Assembly (NCBI RefSeq): GCF_009834535.1
Contig: NC_045696.1
Location: 108,068,001-108,132,000, forward strand
Length of the DNA stretch: 64,000 nt
Direction: 5' to 3'
Origin: Camelus ferus
Lineage: Eukaryota
The notes under the pieces are model-generated. The model made no database searches, was not told the DNA's origin, and saw only the letters and a list, made by a program, of their open reading frames with translations. Of the stretch, positions 50,339 to 63,249 are shown one piece after another. The translations under genes and the position numbers were made by a program. Each line of letters starts with the position of its first letter. Position 1 is the stretch's first letter.

Positions 50339-52415
50339 AAAAGTTAGAAATTAAGTTAAATGGCAGAAAATAGAGTGCAATTTCCAATACCCTCAAATCT
50401 GTGGACTAGATTCGTGCCTGCTAGAAGAATATTTGCTGTCTGTGCATCTTCTTTGGTTGTGCTGTAGGTTTTAAGATTATCCAGGTGTGGGGCTGTAATG
50501 AAGTCCTTTCGCTCAAGCATGGAGCAAGGTAAGGTATGTGAACGCATCGAGTAAGTACCATTTGGATAACCAAAATGCCAGTTCCCCTTTCTCCTCTGAG
50601 ACCTGCACCTTCTTCTGGTATAAAAAACGGGGAAGTAGGTGGGAGCAAGACAGGCCCAAGACAAAGCATTTCTTTCGTGTGCTGAGCACCACCCAGTGCC
50701 AGGCCCTGTGCTGGACCTGGGACCCAAAGAGGAACCAGGAGATGCCCTTGATCTTAAATCTAAGGGCTCCAACGGGGAGATAGACACTGTCACAACAGTA
50801 GTGCAACACACAAGAGAAGAGGACCAAGGGTGCTGGGAAGAACAGAGAAGGGAGTTGGAGAAAGTGTGCCATGCAAATGAAGTTGGGAAGGAAATGACAC
50901 AAGATAATCTTTGTTGATCATTCACAATCGGCGTGATGCTTTGCATGTAGTATCTCATTTAATCTTCGCAGTGATTCTGTGAGGCAAGTGCTAGTGATGC
51001 CATCGCAGAGTTCAAGGTCCTTTCTTCTCCAGGGTCCAGTTAGAAGGGGTGGGACAGAGGCCACCTGAGAATTGTTCTGATCATTCCGCCCAGGGAGATA
51101 TGAGAAATTCAACCCGTAGCTACCATACTGGAGGTCCCACCAATGCCATCAGCCCCCGTATCCTCAGAAGGGTCTCAGCTCAGCTTCCGTGGTCAGTTTC
51201 TATTTGTCAACTCATAGCCAGTAAGGAACCCTGAGATGGGGCACAGAAAAAGGTGTTCAGTCTCCAAAATGGGGAGGTCTGAGAAAGGACCAGACATGCA
51301 GTGCATCACAAATGGTAGAACTAGCATCTCATTCCAGTGCCTTCGCCAATTTGTAGATGGGAAGCCTGAGGCTCAAAGTGGAGGTGACTTGCTCAGGCTC
51401 AAACAGGGGATAAGTGGCAGCATCAGGATTAGAACTCAAGTCCTCTGATTTCCCCAAACCCCAGCCAGTGATCCCCAGTCATGAAGCCTTGTGGAATTCC
51501 CTGTGGTGTGTGCATCCCTGACCATTGGTGCATCTGACCTCAGGGGTGTCCTTACCAGGGCCAAGCAGATAAGAATGTTCGGAGAAGAGATGGTGGACAA
51601 ATGGCTGTTTCACTACCCATTCACTCACTGGGCATTTATTTAGATTCCGTAGGTACTGATCCCTGTGCCAAGACCTGAAGCTATTGCCAGGAATTGGCTG
51701 GATCTTGTAGCTTCTGCTGGAGAGGTGACTACAGGCACATTGCAGAAGGGGCCCTGGAACTCGATGGATGATGGATGGCTTCTGATGAAATATATGAATA
51801 TATGAAATATGATGAAATATATGAAATGCCTCATAGGAGGGACCTTGAAATGGCCTAAGCAGGGGCCTAACCAGGGGCCTAATGGGGGGGAAGCAAGGCA
51901 GATGAGGCTGGGGGCTCCGCTGTGAGGTGGCCATTTTCAAACCCATGCTTACTTCCATGGAAGATACTGTTAACCTTTGACCATCTCGCGGAGCACCCAG
52001 GGCTCAAAGTCGCTTTCCCTCCGTACCCAGGGAGGGCTGGTGTGTGCTGCTCCAGGCCTTCTGTCTCTGCTGCCTTCACTGGCTTGGCCTGGGGCAGCAC
52101 CACCAGAGGCTACCTTCTGACCTGGGTGCAGACATCCCTGTGGGATCAGTGTGCTTCTGGGCTCTTATTTATGACCCCAACTGATTCTGCTGCACGGCTG
52201 GCTTCAAGGGACCATTGTTAAGGACCGCAGTGGATTTTCTGGGGCCCCAGAGCTCACCACAGAGGAGAGCTTTTCTGGAATCGGGAATTCTGGAACTGTA
52301 AAACCCTCTCCCTGGTTTGCCACCTGCTGTCTGGAGTGGCTATGGAGCTTCCAAGTGGCAAAATGAAGAGACATCCTGGCCTTACAAGATGCCCTGTCCA
52401 AACGCAGGCTTTTGT

Positions 52416-52566
52416 GGGGAGGGTGTAGCTCAGTGGTGGAGTGCAAGCTTAGCAAGCACGAGGTCTTGGGTTCAATCCCTGGTACCGCCAATAAATAAAT
52501 AAATACATAAATAAATAAATAAACCTAATTAACTGCTCCCCCCAACCAAGCAAACAAAAAAAAAAA
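52416..52566 (+). mobile_element. vic-1-type SINE
   Basis: ggggagggtgtagctcagtggt...cttagca...gggttcaatccc, (AATA)n, cctaatta, A tail. Confidence 0.92.
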
Positions 52567-52622
52567 TTCAGTCTTCTTCTCTCCTTTCTTACAAATCCAG
52601 TGCAAATCCTGGGACAGATTTT

Positions 52623-52784
52623 AAAAAAGTATTTTGTTTATTTTGTTTGTGGATTTTTTTTTGTAGAGGGAGATAATTAGGTTTATTTATTTAGTTAGTT
52701 ATTTTAATGGAGGCACTGGGGATTGAAGCCAGGACCTCGTTCGTGCTAAGCATGTACTCTAACCACTGCGCTATGCACTCCCCT
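52623..52784 (-). mobile_element. vic-1-type SINE
   Basis: ggaggcactggggattgaagccaggacctc...gctaagca; 14-bp TSD ctgggacagatttt at 52609 and 52785. Confidence 0.93.
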
Positions 52785-53492
52785 CTGGGACAGATTTTTA
52801 AAGAGCCATGAGATTCAACATCGACTCACAAGGCTGCTGTCTGAAAGTATAAAGTCGGTACAAATCTGGAAGTTTAGAGTGACACCAGGGTTCTGGCCCT
52901 GCAGTCTCAGATTCTTGTTTGAATTCAGACCCCAAAGAGATCTGTGAGACCCTGAACTGTGAGAAACCCCATGGCGTCTCATCACCTAAGCCGTGTCAAC
53001 AGCCCAGGCTCTGCGTCTGGCTCTTTTCTGACCTGATGAGATGGGACCTGGGTGTGCTGAGAGAACCCAGTGGGGGACAGACCCAAGGCAGAGGACCCAG
53101 CTCTGTGGCCCTGAGTGAGCGTTGCACCTGCCTGGCCTCAGTTTCTCTTCTCCAAAATGTGGACTGAGAGCTGATAAGTTCAGCTAGTACAGTGACCGCT
53201 GAAACAATGTGATGTGGCTTTGGGCAGCCTCTCCTCATGCAAACATGTTCAGCAAACTTTTATTAAGTTCTAGGTTTTCATGTGTAAAATAAAGAAGTGG
53301 ATAAACATGCTCGAAGCTTCCTACCACCTTGACATCCTAGGATTCTGGGTTGAACTTAAGCTTGAGACACCCTCTGTTATGGTTTCCACCCACAAGCTGC
53401 CACTGGCGTAGCCCCAGACAGAGCTCCGGCTGGAAGTCATAAATCTGGGTGGCTGAACCTGCTGGGGAAATAAACACGGTGTCAACACTCCG

Positions 53493-53506
53493 ATTTGCAT
53501 ACAATC
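53493..53506 (-). promoter_or_regulatory. compressed SOX-OCT composite motif (candidate)
   Basis: GATTGTATGCAAAT on minus strand, 13/14 match to CATTGTATGCAAAT. Confidence 0.4.
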
Positions 53507-54277
53507 ATATCTGTTTGCATAGAGTCATCGCATTCATTTTCTTGCAGAGGGAGGAGGCTCCTTTGAGAAGAGGAAGGCATCTTGAGACCTGGTCTCCCTG
53601 ACCTGCCCTTCTGCCGGGGTGGGTGTCCACTCCAGCGTGTGCTCCTCTGGCCCCTGCATGCATTCTATCGATCAGCTCAGGGACAAAAGAGAGGAGGGCA
53701 TGACCAGCGGTGAGGTGCTAGTGGGGGCAGGGATGGGGTGAGGAGAGCCAGATGCGGGCTATTCAGAGGGGAAGTCCATGAGAACAGCGCCGGGGAAACT
53801 CAGTGGAGTGGTAGCCCCGAGGGAGAGGCACTGTCTGGCAGGCAGAAGGAAGAAGTTCCTCCTCCGGTACTAAATATTTCTTTCCCTGGGTTATTTGTCA
53901 TGGTGAGATCTCAGCAGGTCATTATCGTGTTACCACTTAGCCATCAATTAACAAAAGTCTACCCCCTTGGGTCATTTCTCATAAATCAATCTCCCCATCC
54001 CCCTCATTATTTGGTTGTTTTCTTTTCACAGCCTCTCCTGCACTGTAATTTATGGAGCTCCATCATCCAGGGGCCAGCACCACTCTTGCTCCGAATCCAG
54101 GGAGAGCCTTTTGTGGAATTTTAAAGGACCAGCGAAAGGAAACTGCACAACTGAGGAAGACCTTGTTAGATGAAACCTTTCTGAGTTAGGGTTATATTGT
54201 CTTCCTCCTTAGCCCAACCAGCAAACGCAAGGGGCAAAGAGCTCTGGGGCAGGAGGCGGTGAGTCATTGCACGGGGC

Positions 54278-54830
54278 ATGGTCGGCTTTGCATTTTCCCA
54301 CTTGAATCTCATTGTGTTGTTTCCTCTTCATATTTATTACCACTTAAGGTTCATTTACATTCCCTCTCTGTCCACAGTGATCGGAGCAACACCTTCCAAA
54401 TTAGCATCATTTGCAAGTTTCATTAACATGCTGTTTACTCTACCTCTTTTAGATCATTAATAAAGATGACCCCCATGTACCCTAACCCTCCCCCCCCCCC
54501 CCCCCCCGCTCCATACATTTTCATTTGTCATCATCCTTTGTTTGCAGACTTTGAGCCAGTTTTAAATTTATGTGGCAGCACTCCTTACTAAGCCAATTTG
54601 AATTAATTTCGAGTATAACACTTTACACTGCTATATCAAATGCCTTTCTTACAGCTGCTTGCATCCCATCAATGGTGGTCCCACTCCCTTTCTATTTGGT
54701 ATTCAGGTTGAAAGCTCTCAATTCCGTCTGGCATTTTAGTTCTTTAAAAGTCGCTGTATCCTCTGTCCTGACGAGGGGCTTTCTCCTAATTTTTCGCTTA
54801 TTTTGAAATGATTGATGCTACGAAAAGAAG
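54278..54830 (-). mobile_element. CR1-clade LINE RT fossil
   Basis: minus strand, in order: KCQTEL, KAFD (54635-54646), NWLKVCKQR, IFINDL, VNSMLMKLANDANLEGVA (cf. MLIKFADDTKLGGVA), NTMRF..KCK. Confidence 0.85.
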
Positions 54831-55224
54831 GGATTCGGAGAGCTATTTACAGCAATCAATAGCTTTCATCTTTCTTACCCACATCTGCTTTTGTGGGTGA
54901 GTAAGTAATTTTGGTGAAATCTCTTCACATTCCAGGATGCATGAGCTCTGGACCTTCTATTTTGAAGGCTATAGATTTCCCAGATATTCTTTCTATTTTT
55001 TGAAAACATCTGAGTATTTTTTTTTAAAACTGTGCACAAATTTTGAAGATATTTTAAATGCCTGGTATATCTTGGATTCTCAGGAAATTTGGGGGGAAGG
55101 GGTTAATGAAATAAATATAATACATGAATCTGTCAGTCATTCTTGCTTTCCCCCAATCTGCCCCATTTCCTCAATCTGTGAAGTAGTGAACAGTTAAAAA
55201 AAAATCAAGGCTGTTAATGAAAGA

Positions 55225-55450
55225 TTGATGTACTATTATCATTCATCCATTTCTTCCATATGTATTTATTGAGATTTTACTGTGACCAGACACTATTTTA
55301 GGCTCTGAGGCTATTGCAATGGACAGAAAGAATCTTATTCCTCTCACACAGTTAAAAAGACGGATGCAGGTATGAGGTGGAAAATGAATAAATATACAGA
55401 TGATTCAGGTATATCGTCAGATTGTGATGAGTGTTATGAAAAAAATAAAG
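55225..55450 (-). mobile_element. L2 3' end
   Basis: cattcatccatttc...tatttattgagattttactgtgaccagacactattttaggc. Confidence 0.75.
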
Positions 55451-56409
55451 AGGAATAAATAAAGATACTGAGATTTTGTAGCATTCAGAAGCTTTTTGTG
55501 TGTGTGTGTGTGACTGATCTATTTTTCAGTTCTGAATGTTGTATCTGGAAAGATGTACAATTTCTAAAAGCTCCATGGGTAGAAATAATGACTAACATAG
55601 AACTTAGAATTTCATTATAACAGGTGGTTAACCATGCCCTATTTGAGACCTATCTTGTATACACGTGTGTGCATCTGAAGATGTGTCTATGCTGGGCCAG
55701 AATCTTGACTCCCATAGCTCCTGGAACCCTCTAGTTCAGGTGTCTTCAACAGGACCCCAAAAGTGTTGTCTTTCTGAGCTTTATGAAGGTGGGCTAAGAA
55801 GCCTTGGAGAACACTGAATTCATCCTATGGACCACACCAGGCACAGATTACCAAGTGGTCAAGTGGGTATGAAGATACATGCAGGAGACCACAGTGTCCA
55901 GACCCAGCAAAAGATGTCTAAGAAAGAGGTCTAAGCATGAGTCTGCAGTGGGTCTGCAGTGGCCGTTGGGATGGATAGAGGTGCTGGGAGGACCTCAACT
56001 TCTTCCCCAGTCCAGAGTTATGCTCTGGGCCACTATTAACGGGGATCATTGTCTTTAAGTGAGGTCACTTATGCAGTAAATTTCATTATGGTATTTATTG
56101 TTTTTAGATTCATCCTTATTTCCTTGATTTATTTCATTTTACCTTCATAACATTCTCTCGTGGAAAAATGATTGTTTCAAGATGCCACAGTGGTGAAGTC
56201 ACTTTCATATGGGAAATTCTAAGATGGTGATCTTCCACCCACAGGATCAAGTTCATATGCTTAGCCCAGTTCTCACAGCCTCCTGGTCTGCTGCCTTCCC
56301 AGCTGTCAAGCCTTGCCGCCTTTCCCTCCCTGCTGCTCTGCCCTTGGGTTCTAAGAAGACCAAATTACCTATGTTCCTCACTTGCACTAGATTATGTCCT
56401 GCCTCTCTG

Positions 56410-56690
56410 TCCTCCTGATGTTCTTTCTGAGTGGAATGTCCTCCTCCTTCCTCTTCACCTCCCAACTCCTGTTTAGCCCTTAGACTTGTCTTAGATGCTG
56501 CTTTGTCCAAGCCTCAGGCTGGGTGCCTTACTTCAGCACCCTGGATATCTCCCTGTCCTCGCTCTTCCACGTTACTGGTGGGGTTCCAGCATGGCAGGAA
56601 CAATGTCTTGCTCATTTTCGCATCTGCGCCAACCAGCACAGTCCCAGGCACACAGCAGGTGCTCAGGAAATATTTGTTAAGCTAAACTGA
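56410..56690 (+). mobile_element. L2 3' end
   Basis: ccagcacagtcccaggcacacagcaggtgctcaggaaatatttgttaa. Confidence 0.75.
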
Positions 56691-58419
56691 GTTGAAGATG
56701 GGGAGAAATGAAGGGTTAACAATCCTACTTTGCTGTTGAGGAGACCAAGGAGGGTAAGAGGAGGGTCTGCTGGGGAGAGTTGGCGGCATGACTGAGGTCA
56801 CCCAGGAAGAGTTGGGGTGGGGCCAATACCAGAGTGCAAGGTGGTGGGTACTTAGTCTCCCTGATCTGGGCTGATTTCCCAGGTGATTTCAAAGCACTGT
56901 GAACTTCCAGGGCTCAGCCAGTCTCTCAGCCCACAGGCAACATTTTTGTTCAAAACGCTTCTGATTTGCAACTAACGATTTTTGGTGGTTATCACAGTTA
57001 TCAGATGGCCTATTTCTGTTGGTGGAGTTTATTCTTTCTGTAAAAGTTTTTATTCGTTTTCCACTTAAATAAGATCCGACTTTTATCCCCAAAGGAACTT
57101 ATATTTCAAACCCCTGATTTGAGCAGGATTTTGGTTTGAGTTTGGGTTTGACTCATCTCTTTGATTAAAGGCTTATCTTCTAAATAACATGTCTTAATAG
57201 TTACTCTTTCCCTTTCTAGACCTTCTAAATTTAGATAAATGAGACCAATTATCGCTTCCAGAATGTTCAGTTTCTACTCTGGTCCTAGAATTTGGTCTCT
57301 AAGAGATGTTGATTTTCTTCCTGTGGGAGCATTTAAATTCTGCATTTTCCCAGTTGATGCCCTTACCTGAGGGGAGAAAGGCTGTAGATGGGGTCTGTTG
57401 GCTGCCGGTTCACCAGGAGCTGCAAAGAACGGATATTTAGCCTCCTGGGAAACTGGACATGACCCCCAAGGACCTCACTAGCTGTGGGCAGAGCACTGTC
57501 CTGCAGCAAGTCAGCTGGTGCACGAATGAGCCGGCTAAAGGATTGTGTCTGTGGATACTCAGGTAAGGGAGAGGAATGTCTGAAGATGCACTGAGGTGAC
57601 GTGTTACCTGCAAGGGGAGGGGAGGGTTTTCTCAATTCCTTTTCCTCTTTGTCACTTCCAGAGATGATCCTGAATCCATGGCAGGGAGATATGGAACATC
57701 ATTTATACAACACTCCAGTAAGTATTTAGTAAGTACCTATGGTGGGCCAGGCACCGAGCCACACTTTGCATACAGGGTGAGCAGAAGGATGTACCTCAGC
57801 TCTGACCCTGCCGTCAGGGTGAGGAGGAGGGTTTGCTACCAGCCTTTGGTGGCGGGTGGGGAGAGGCTGTTACACTCAGAATTTTTAGATTACACTCAAA
57901 ATTCTCTTTTGCTGCTAAGAGAATTTTTCCCTGCAGGGTCTCAGAGCTTGGGAGATCAGCCTGGGAACTACTGATGATATTATAGGTCCTCGAGGTGGGG
58001 AGACGGACCTAGAAGGCGTCTTTCCCCTCTCACTGAGTTCCAGCCCTGTCAACCCTGACTGCTCACTTCTTCCCACCTAGATCCTCCCCTCAAAATAGGA
58101 GCCTGTAACTCTGGATACCTAGGGCCCCAGCAGACAGAATCTATTTTGGGCAGACACAGTCAGCATAAGATACGACCCCCCAGTCCAAGTCTCATTGAAT
58201 CTGAGATCGTTCAGATGTTGCAGGGCTGAAGTTTCCTTGGCTTGATCCGTGGACACGAGGCTCTCTAGCACTTGGGTAAACAGCTTTATTTACAAGAGGA
58301 GCAACCCTTCACCTGCTTGAAAGTAGAATCATCAGAGTGGCCTAGAAGTCTGCATTTACCTACAAACGAGGTAGGGTGATTACAGCATAAGAACAGATGA
58401 GCTCTGCTCAGAGAAGAAG

Positions 58420-58572
58420 CTTTGAGCTGGGATCCTTGGGCTGATCCCAGCTTCTGAGGGTTTCTGAGTACCATCCAATCGCATGTGAATTTTTGTGTGT
58501 GTGTGAATGTGAGCATATGTGCATTTCCTTTGGAGAAAAGGGTCTGTGGGTTTCATCAGATCTGACAGGGTG
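58420..58572. mobile_element. MER103C-like hAT MITE
   Basis: gcatatgtgcatttcctttggagaaaagggtctgtgggtttcatcagatc. Confidence 0.6.
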
Positions 58573-61500
58573 CAGAGTCTGCAGTGCAGGGGACTTTATT
58601 CCATTCCTTGTTTCCTCTGTCAGCTGGTTGGGAGAGTCCTTTGGGCTCTGTCTTTATAATGGCCTGTTCTGAAATTGAAATGAGAAATTAGGTAAACTAT
58701 AAGGTTTGCAAACCACAGGCGACTATGTGGGACCCCTCCTTTTCTCTTCTCCACCCCACTCCCCTCACCTCCCTGCTTCCTGGCTAATTTCTAACTGTTC
58801 TTCAAGATCTTGTTCCAGGAGCACTTCCAAAAAGCCTCCCCTAACTGCCCAGCTGGCTCCCTTTGGGTAGGGTGCCCCTCTCTGTGCTCCATCACTGACC
58901 TCTAATAACACAGTGGCCATCATTTACTCACTGCCCTGCGTCCCGACCTTGCACCCAGACCACACGCTCCTTGAGGACAGGGACGGTGACTTGCTTGTTT
59001 TCTCTGCCCGGCACAGTGTTAACATATAATTCTGTTCAATTGAGAAAACGTTAGATAATTTATTTTTAAATTGTGCCTTAATGAGCTAACTACGAATCAT
59101 TTTTATCTATTCATCAAAGGCAGACTTCGTGCCTCTTACTACGTGTAAATGAAAGTGATAAAAAGGAATCCTTTAAGAGCCTCTTACTCCTGTCTGTTAG
59201 GTTGGCCTTCTGGCAAATGCGTCTGAATTAATGAGGGTTCCTCTCCCTCTGTTGAGGGAAGCGGGGCATCGACAGTCACCCGCTGCGGGGTCACACCAGG
59301 CATCGTTCCAGCCTCAGTGACCGCCTTCCTCACTGGCAGAGCAGCGCACGCCTGTCCAGCTTATCACCTGGGGCGCCGGCTGGCCGTCAAGACGGATGGA
59401 TCTGGGGCCAGGAGCTACACAACACGAGAAAGCGTCCCAGCTGGCCTCGCCTGGGCAGCACAGCACTGGGGTAACGGGCTGTCCCCGAGCCTGGCTCTTG
59501 GCTCCTGTAGGTACTGCCGTCTTCCTCATCTCCCCCCAACTCCTTGTCTCTGCTGCTTGCTGGCAGGTTATTCCCAGGAGCCATGAAGATCCGTCTTCTG
59601 AGGCTCTTCCTCCTGCCTTTCTAGCACTTCCCTGTTTTATCTCCTGCTCCTGTCCTAGGAGGTGCCCACATTTTCCATCCTGCCCGCTTTTACTTCTCTT
59701 ACTGGAGGGGAAAAAGGAATTATGTGCTTCCCACTGGCTCCGGCCCAGCTGGTACCAGACACTGTGTAGACTGATGTCATGTTACCAAGGAGGAAATTAT
59801 TAAAAGGACGAGGCCAATTTTCTCATTCACACCTGGAAAGCAGATCTGATGGCGCTTGCACAGATCTCTAATGAAATCACATTGTTTAAGAAGTTTCCAG
59901 AGGAATTCATCACTAATTGATTTTTGAACTGTGAAAAAAGATAACACGGAGAGATGAGCTATGAGCCTCCATCTGGCCCGCCTCCCGCGCAAGCCTTCTC
60001 TTCCCTTTAATTCTCTTTCCCACGGAAAATCAATAGCAGCTTCCTGAATTGGCCTTGCAGACGCTGGGCACCACGGAAAGGCCCACGTTCGGCTGTGCTG
60101 TGTTTTCTTTCTGCTTCAGCTTTCCTTTGTTTGGACCTTGCTGTGAGGTCTTGGTGAGAGCCACGGGCTTCCACGGTGGCGCTGGAAGGTTCTCTGTGAC
60201 TCAAGTAAAAGGCAGCGAGCGGGAGAGAAGGACTTGGGGGCAGGTTGGGTGTCCTCAGACGTGGCAGTTCTTTAGTAGGGACACTGGGGCACGGCCCCCT
60301 CTTTGTCCCCAGGGGCTTCTCAGACCTCCTCCATCTCCCAGTGGGCATCATTTATAAACACATATAGAGTCTTGGTGAGGAACCACTGACATTTTCTTGA
60401 TCTTATATGAAGTATAAATAAAGGAAATTTTAAAATTAGATTTTGTTTACAAAAATTGACAGGAAACATGTAATTCCATTAAAAACCGAATGCCAGCTAT
60501 GCAAAGCCAGCTCCCTGAAAAGTGACCCAGCCCCTCTTCACATAGGTTTTCACACTTACCTATCCATCCTGTTTAGAATTTCAGAATTCTGCTACTGAGC
60601 TTTAGGCTCCCAGGCTGACCAGAGGAGAGGGCTGCTGGTCTTCTCATCTTCCAGCCGATGCACTCCATGAGCTGTCTCTGAGTTGAAAGGAGTTATGAGG
60701 GCCAGCAGGGTCCTAGATCTCAGGAGAGAGAGCCTTGGCTTAAAGGTCCTTACTCCAAGTCTGGCTTGAGAATGTATTAAGGCAGGTTGATTGGACTCGA
60801 GGTGCTCTCCATAAAAGCAGTCAGTAGACTTTGCCAGGCCCTCTGTTGAGTGTTGAGGATGCTACAGGACCTAATTTTGCCCTCAAAGAACTCACAGCTA
60901 GTGAGATGGAAGTACCATGATGAAGGGGCTCAGAACGCTATGAAATCCATGAAGGCAGGTGCCTCATTCAGTCGTGGCGGGGCTCACAGAGACTTCCTGA
61001 TGAGGCGTTGTATGGCTGAGCCTGGAAGGAGGGACAGCTATGGGATAACTCTCTTTACCCCTTTCCTTCACTGAGCCTCATGCATCCCTTAATGGCCACT
61101 GCCCTGGCCTTTGATATGAAAGAATCCTATTTATCATGGAAGTATCTTTTGCATGATTTTTCTGCCCTTGTTGTCAACCTGTATTTAACCATACTCAGTT
61201 CCCACTCCACATCGCAACTCCCAATCTCTGCTCCTACCCCGGATCCGCTGGACTAGTTCTCAGCGTGGTGTTGATGATAATAACAGTTCCAAAGTTCACT
61301 CTCAAATTGCTGTTTCCATTTAAAAATTTCCTAAAGAATTGAACACAAAGGACAAGGGACTTCAGGCCCAGAGGCAAGCGGGTGGGGGAGGCACTGTGGG
61401 TGTGAAGGTTTCCTTGACTCTTCCATCCACGTGTTAGGGAACCATCAATTCTGGTTACCAAAAGGAGAGACTTCCTGGGTGGTTTGGATGTCGAGCACCC

Positions 61501-61730
61501 CTCAGAGTCCTGGCTGGGGTGCGTGGGTGGGGCTGGGGAGCACTGTCTGGTCCGTGAAGGTTGGTATGAAGCCTTGTTCTGCCAAGGTGATGATGACTGA
61601 GCTGCGAGTCCTGGATTCAAGGTCTGTCTCGGCCACTGTCCATTTTGGTCAAGGTCTTGTCCCCCTGCCTCTATAAATTGCCAAGGCAGCTCAACCATTA
61701 TGGGAATGTCTGTCCTGGATGTATACTTAC

Positions 61731-62166
61731 CGTATGAGTCAAGGTTCCCTGGAGAAACAGAACCAATAGGAGAATATATTATATATATGCCTTGTATATG
61801 TTACAGCTGTTGTCTCATGCAGGTGTGGAGGCCGGGAACTCCCACAGTCTGCTGTCTACAAGCTGGAGAACCAGTAGAGCCCACAGTATAATTCAGTTTT
61901 AGTCTGCAGGACCAAAAACCTGGAGCTCTGATGTCTGAGAGCAGGAAGACATCTCAGATTAAGAAGAGAGAGAATTCACTCTTCCTCTGCCTTTTTGTTT
62001 CATTTGAGCCCCCAGTGGATTGGATGATGCCCACCCATGTTGGTGACGGCCCATATTCTTTACTTAATCTACTGACTCAAATGCTAATCTCTTCTAGAAA
62101 CCCTTTCACAGACACACCCAGAAGTAATGTTTTACCAGCTATCTGGGCATCCTTAGGCCAATCACA
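61731..62166 (-). mobile_element. MLT2 (ERVL) solo LTR
   Basis: gagtcaaggttccctggagaaacagaaccaatagga...gattggatgatgcccaccca...cacagacacacccagaa. Confidence 0.9.
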
Positions 62167-62379
62167 CTATCTTCCTTCTATCACACTCTTTCTTCTTCGG
62201 GCAATTTAGTGGAAATCCACTAGCATCCTCCCAGGAAGGGCCTTTTATGAAGGCTACACCCACACCTTTAACTTAGTCTGTAAAAATAATACTAGTGACC
62301 ATGATGTCAACAGAACTCTGAAATTGTGTGGGATTTTCCCAGTTGACACCCATGATCACTTTGGGTCTCCAGGTCATCT

Positions 62380-62560
62380 CCATGAGCATACATTGAACAC
62401 ATACTGTATGTACTTCAGATGTTTCACCTTATTTAATCCTCTGAACAATTTTATGAGGCAAATACTAGTATTATCTAAACATTTCAGAAGAGGACTCTGA
62501 AGGTCAGAGAGGCAAAGTGCCTTGCCTGAGGTCACACAGCTAGCATAAGTTTTTAGGGGA
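62380..62560 (-). mobile_element. MIR SINE
   Basis: ttatttaatcctctgaacaa...cttgcctgaggtcacacagctag. Confidence 0.8.
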
Positions 62561-62859
62561 CAATTTATCTCCATAGCAGAAGTGTGTCCACTTGCGTCTT
62601 CTTTGAGCCCGAGTCATTCCAATGATGTCTGAGCTGGGCATGAACTATTGCTATGCAGTGACAAGGTGGTGGGGGGTGCCCCTGTGCTTTTAGTTCTGGA
62701 CACCCCCTAATACCAGGTCACTGCAAAATTCCTTTGTGGTCTGGCCACAGGACAGCATGACCTCACGGAGGTGGATGAGCCTGGGAGACATGGGATGCTG
62801 TTCATGAGAGTAGATAGCTAAGGGTCTGAACTGGGGAGACAGCATGAAGAGAGAAAATG

Positions 62860-63249
62860 AGAACAGTTATGTAATCTGGTGGAGCACAGTACAACAAATG
62901 AAACTTTTAGAGCAATTGGAGAAGAATTTGAATAGTTGAAAGGATGGCTTTAGAGGCAACCAAAGCTCCAAGGAGTCATAAGGAAGAGGGAAGAAAAAAA
63001 ATAATTGTTGCTTCTTAACTAGCATAAAAGGAAATTGCAGGGAGACTTAATGTCAGTGTTCAAACATTTGGAAGGCAGTGCCAAGCTCCTGTAGAATTCC
63101 ACTGAAGACAACGTGCAGAGAATTCTGGTTAAATTAGGGCTTTGAAGCAAGTGGGAGTTTGGTTAGCCTCTAGAAAGGATTTCTTGGAAGCAAGGTGTTT
63201 CTAACACTGTAACAGATATAGTCAAGTTACTTGTAGTCAATAGGATATC
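62860..63249 (+). mobile_element. CR1/L3 ORF2 C-terminal fossil
   Basis: 63026 onward reads KRKLQGDLMSVFKHLEG (cf. KRRLRGDLIxVFKYLKG); later RKDFL. Confidence 0.75.

Noticed and set aside
50356..50958. 200-aa ORF
   Set aside because: Runs through MIR and L2 remnants; no recognisable domain.
51785..51828. Repeated atgaaatat units
   Set aside because: Low-complexity simple repeat with no spacer structure; not CRISPR-like.
56889..57130. Minus-strand GIK..SYLSGKR resembling an RT motif
   Set aside because: Single weak motif with no GVPQG following.
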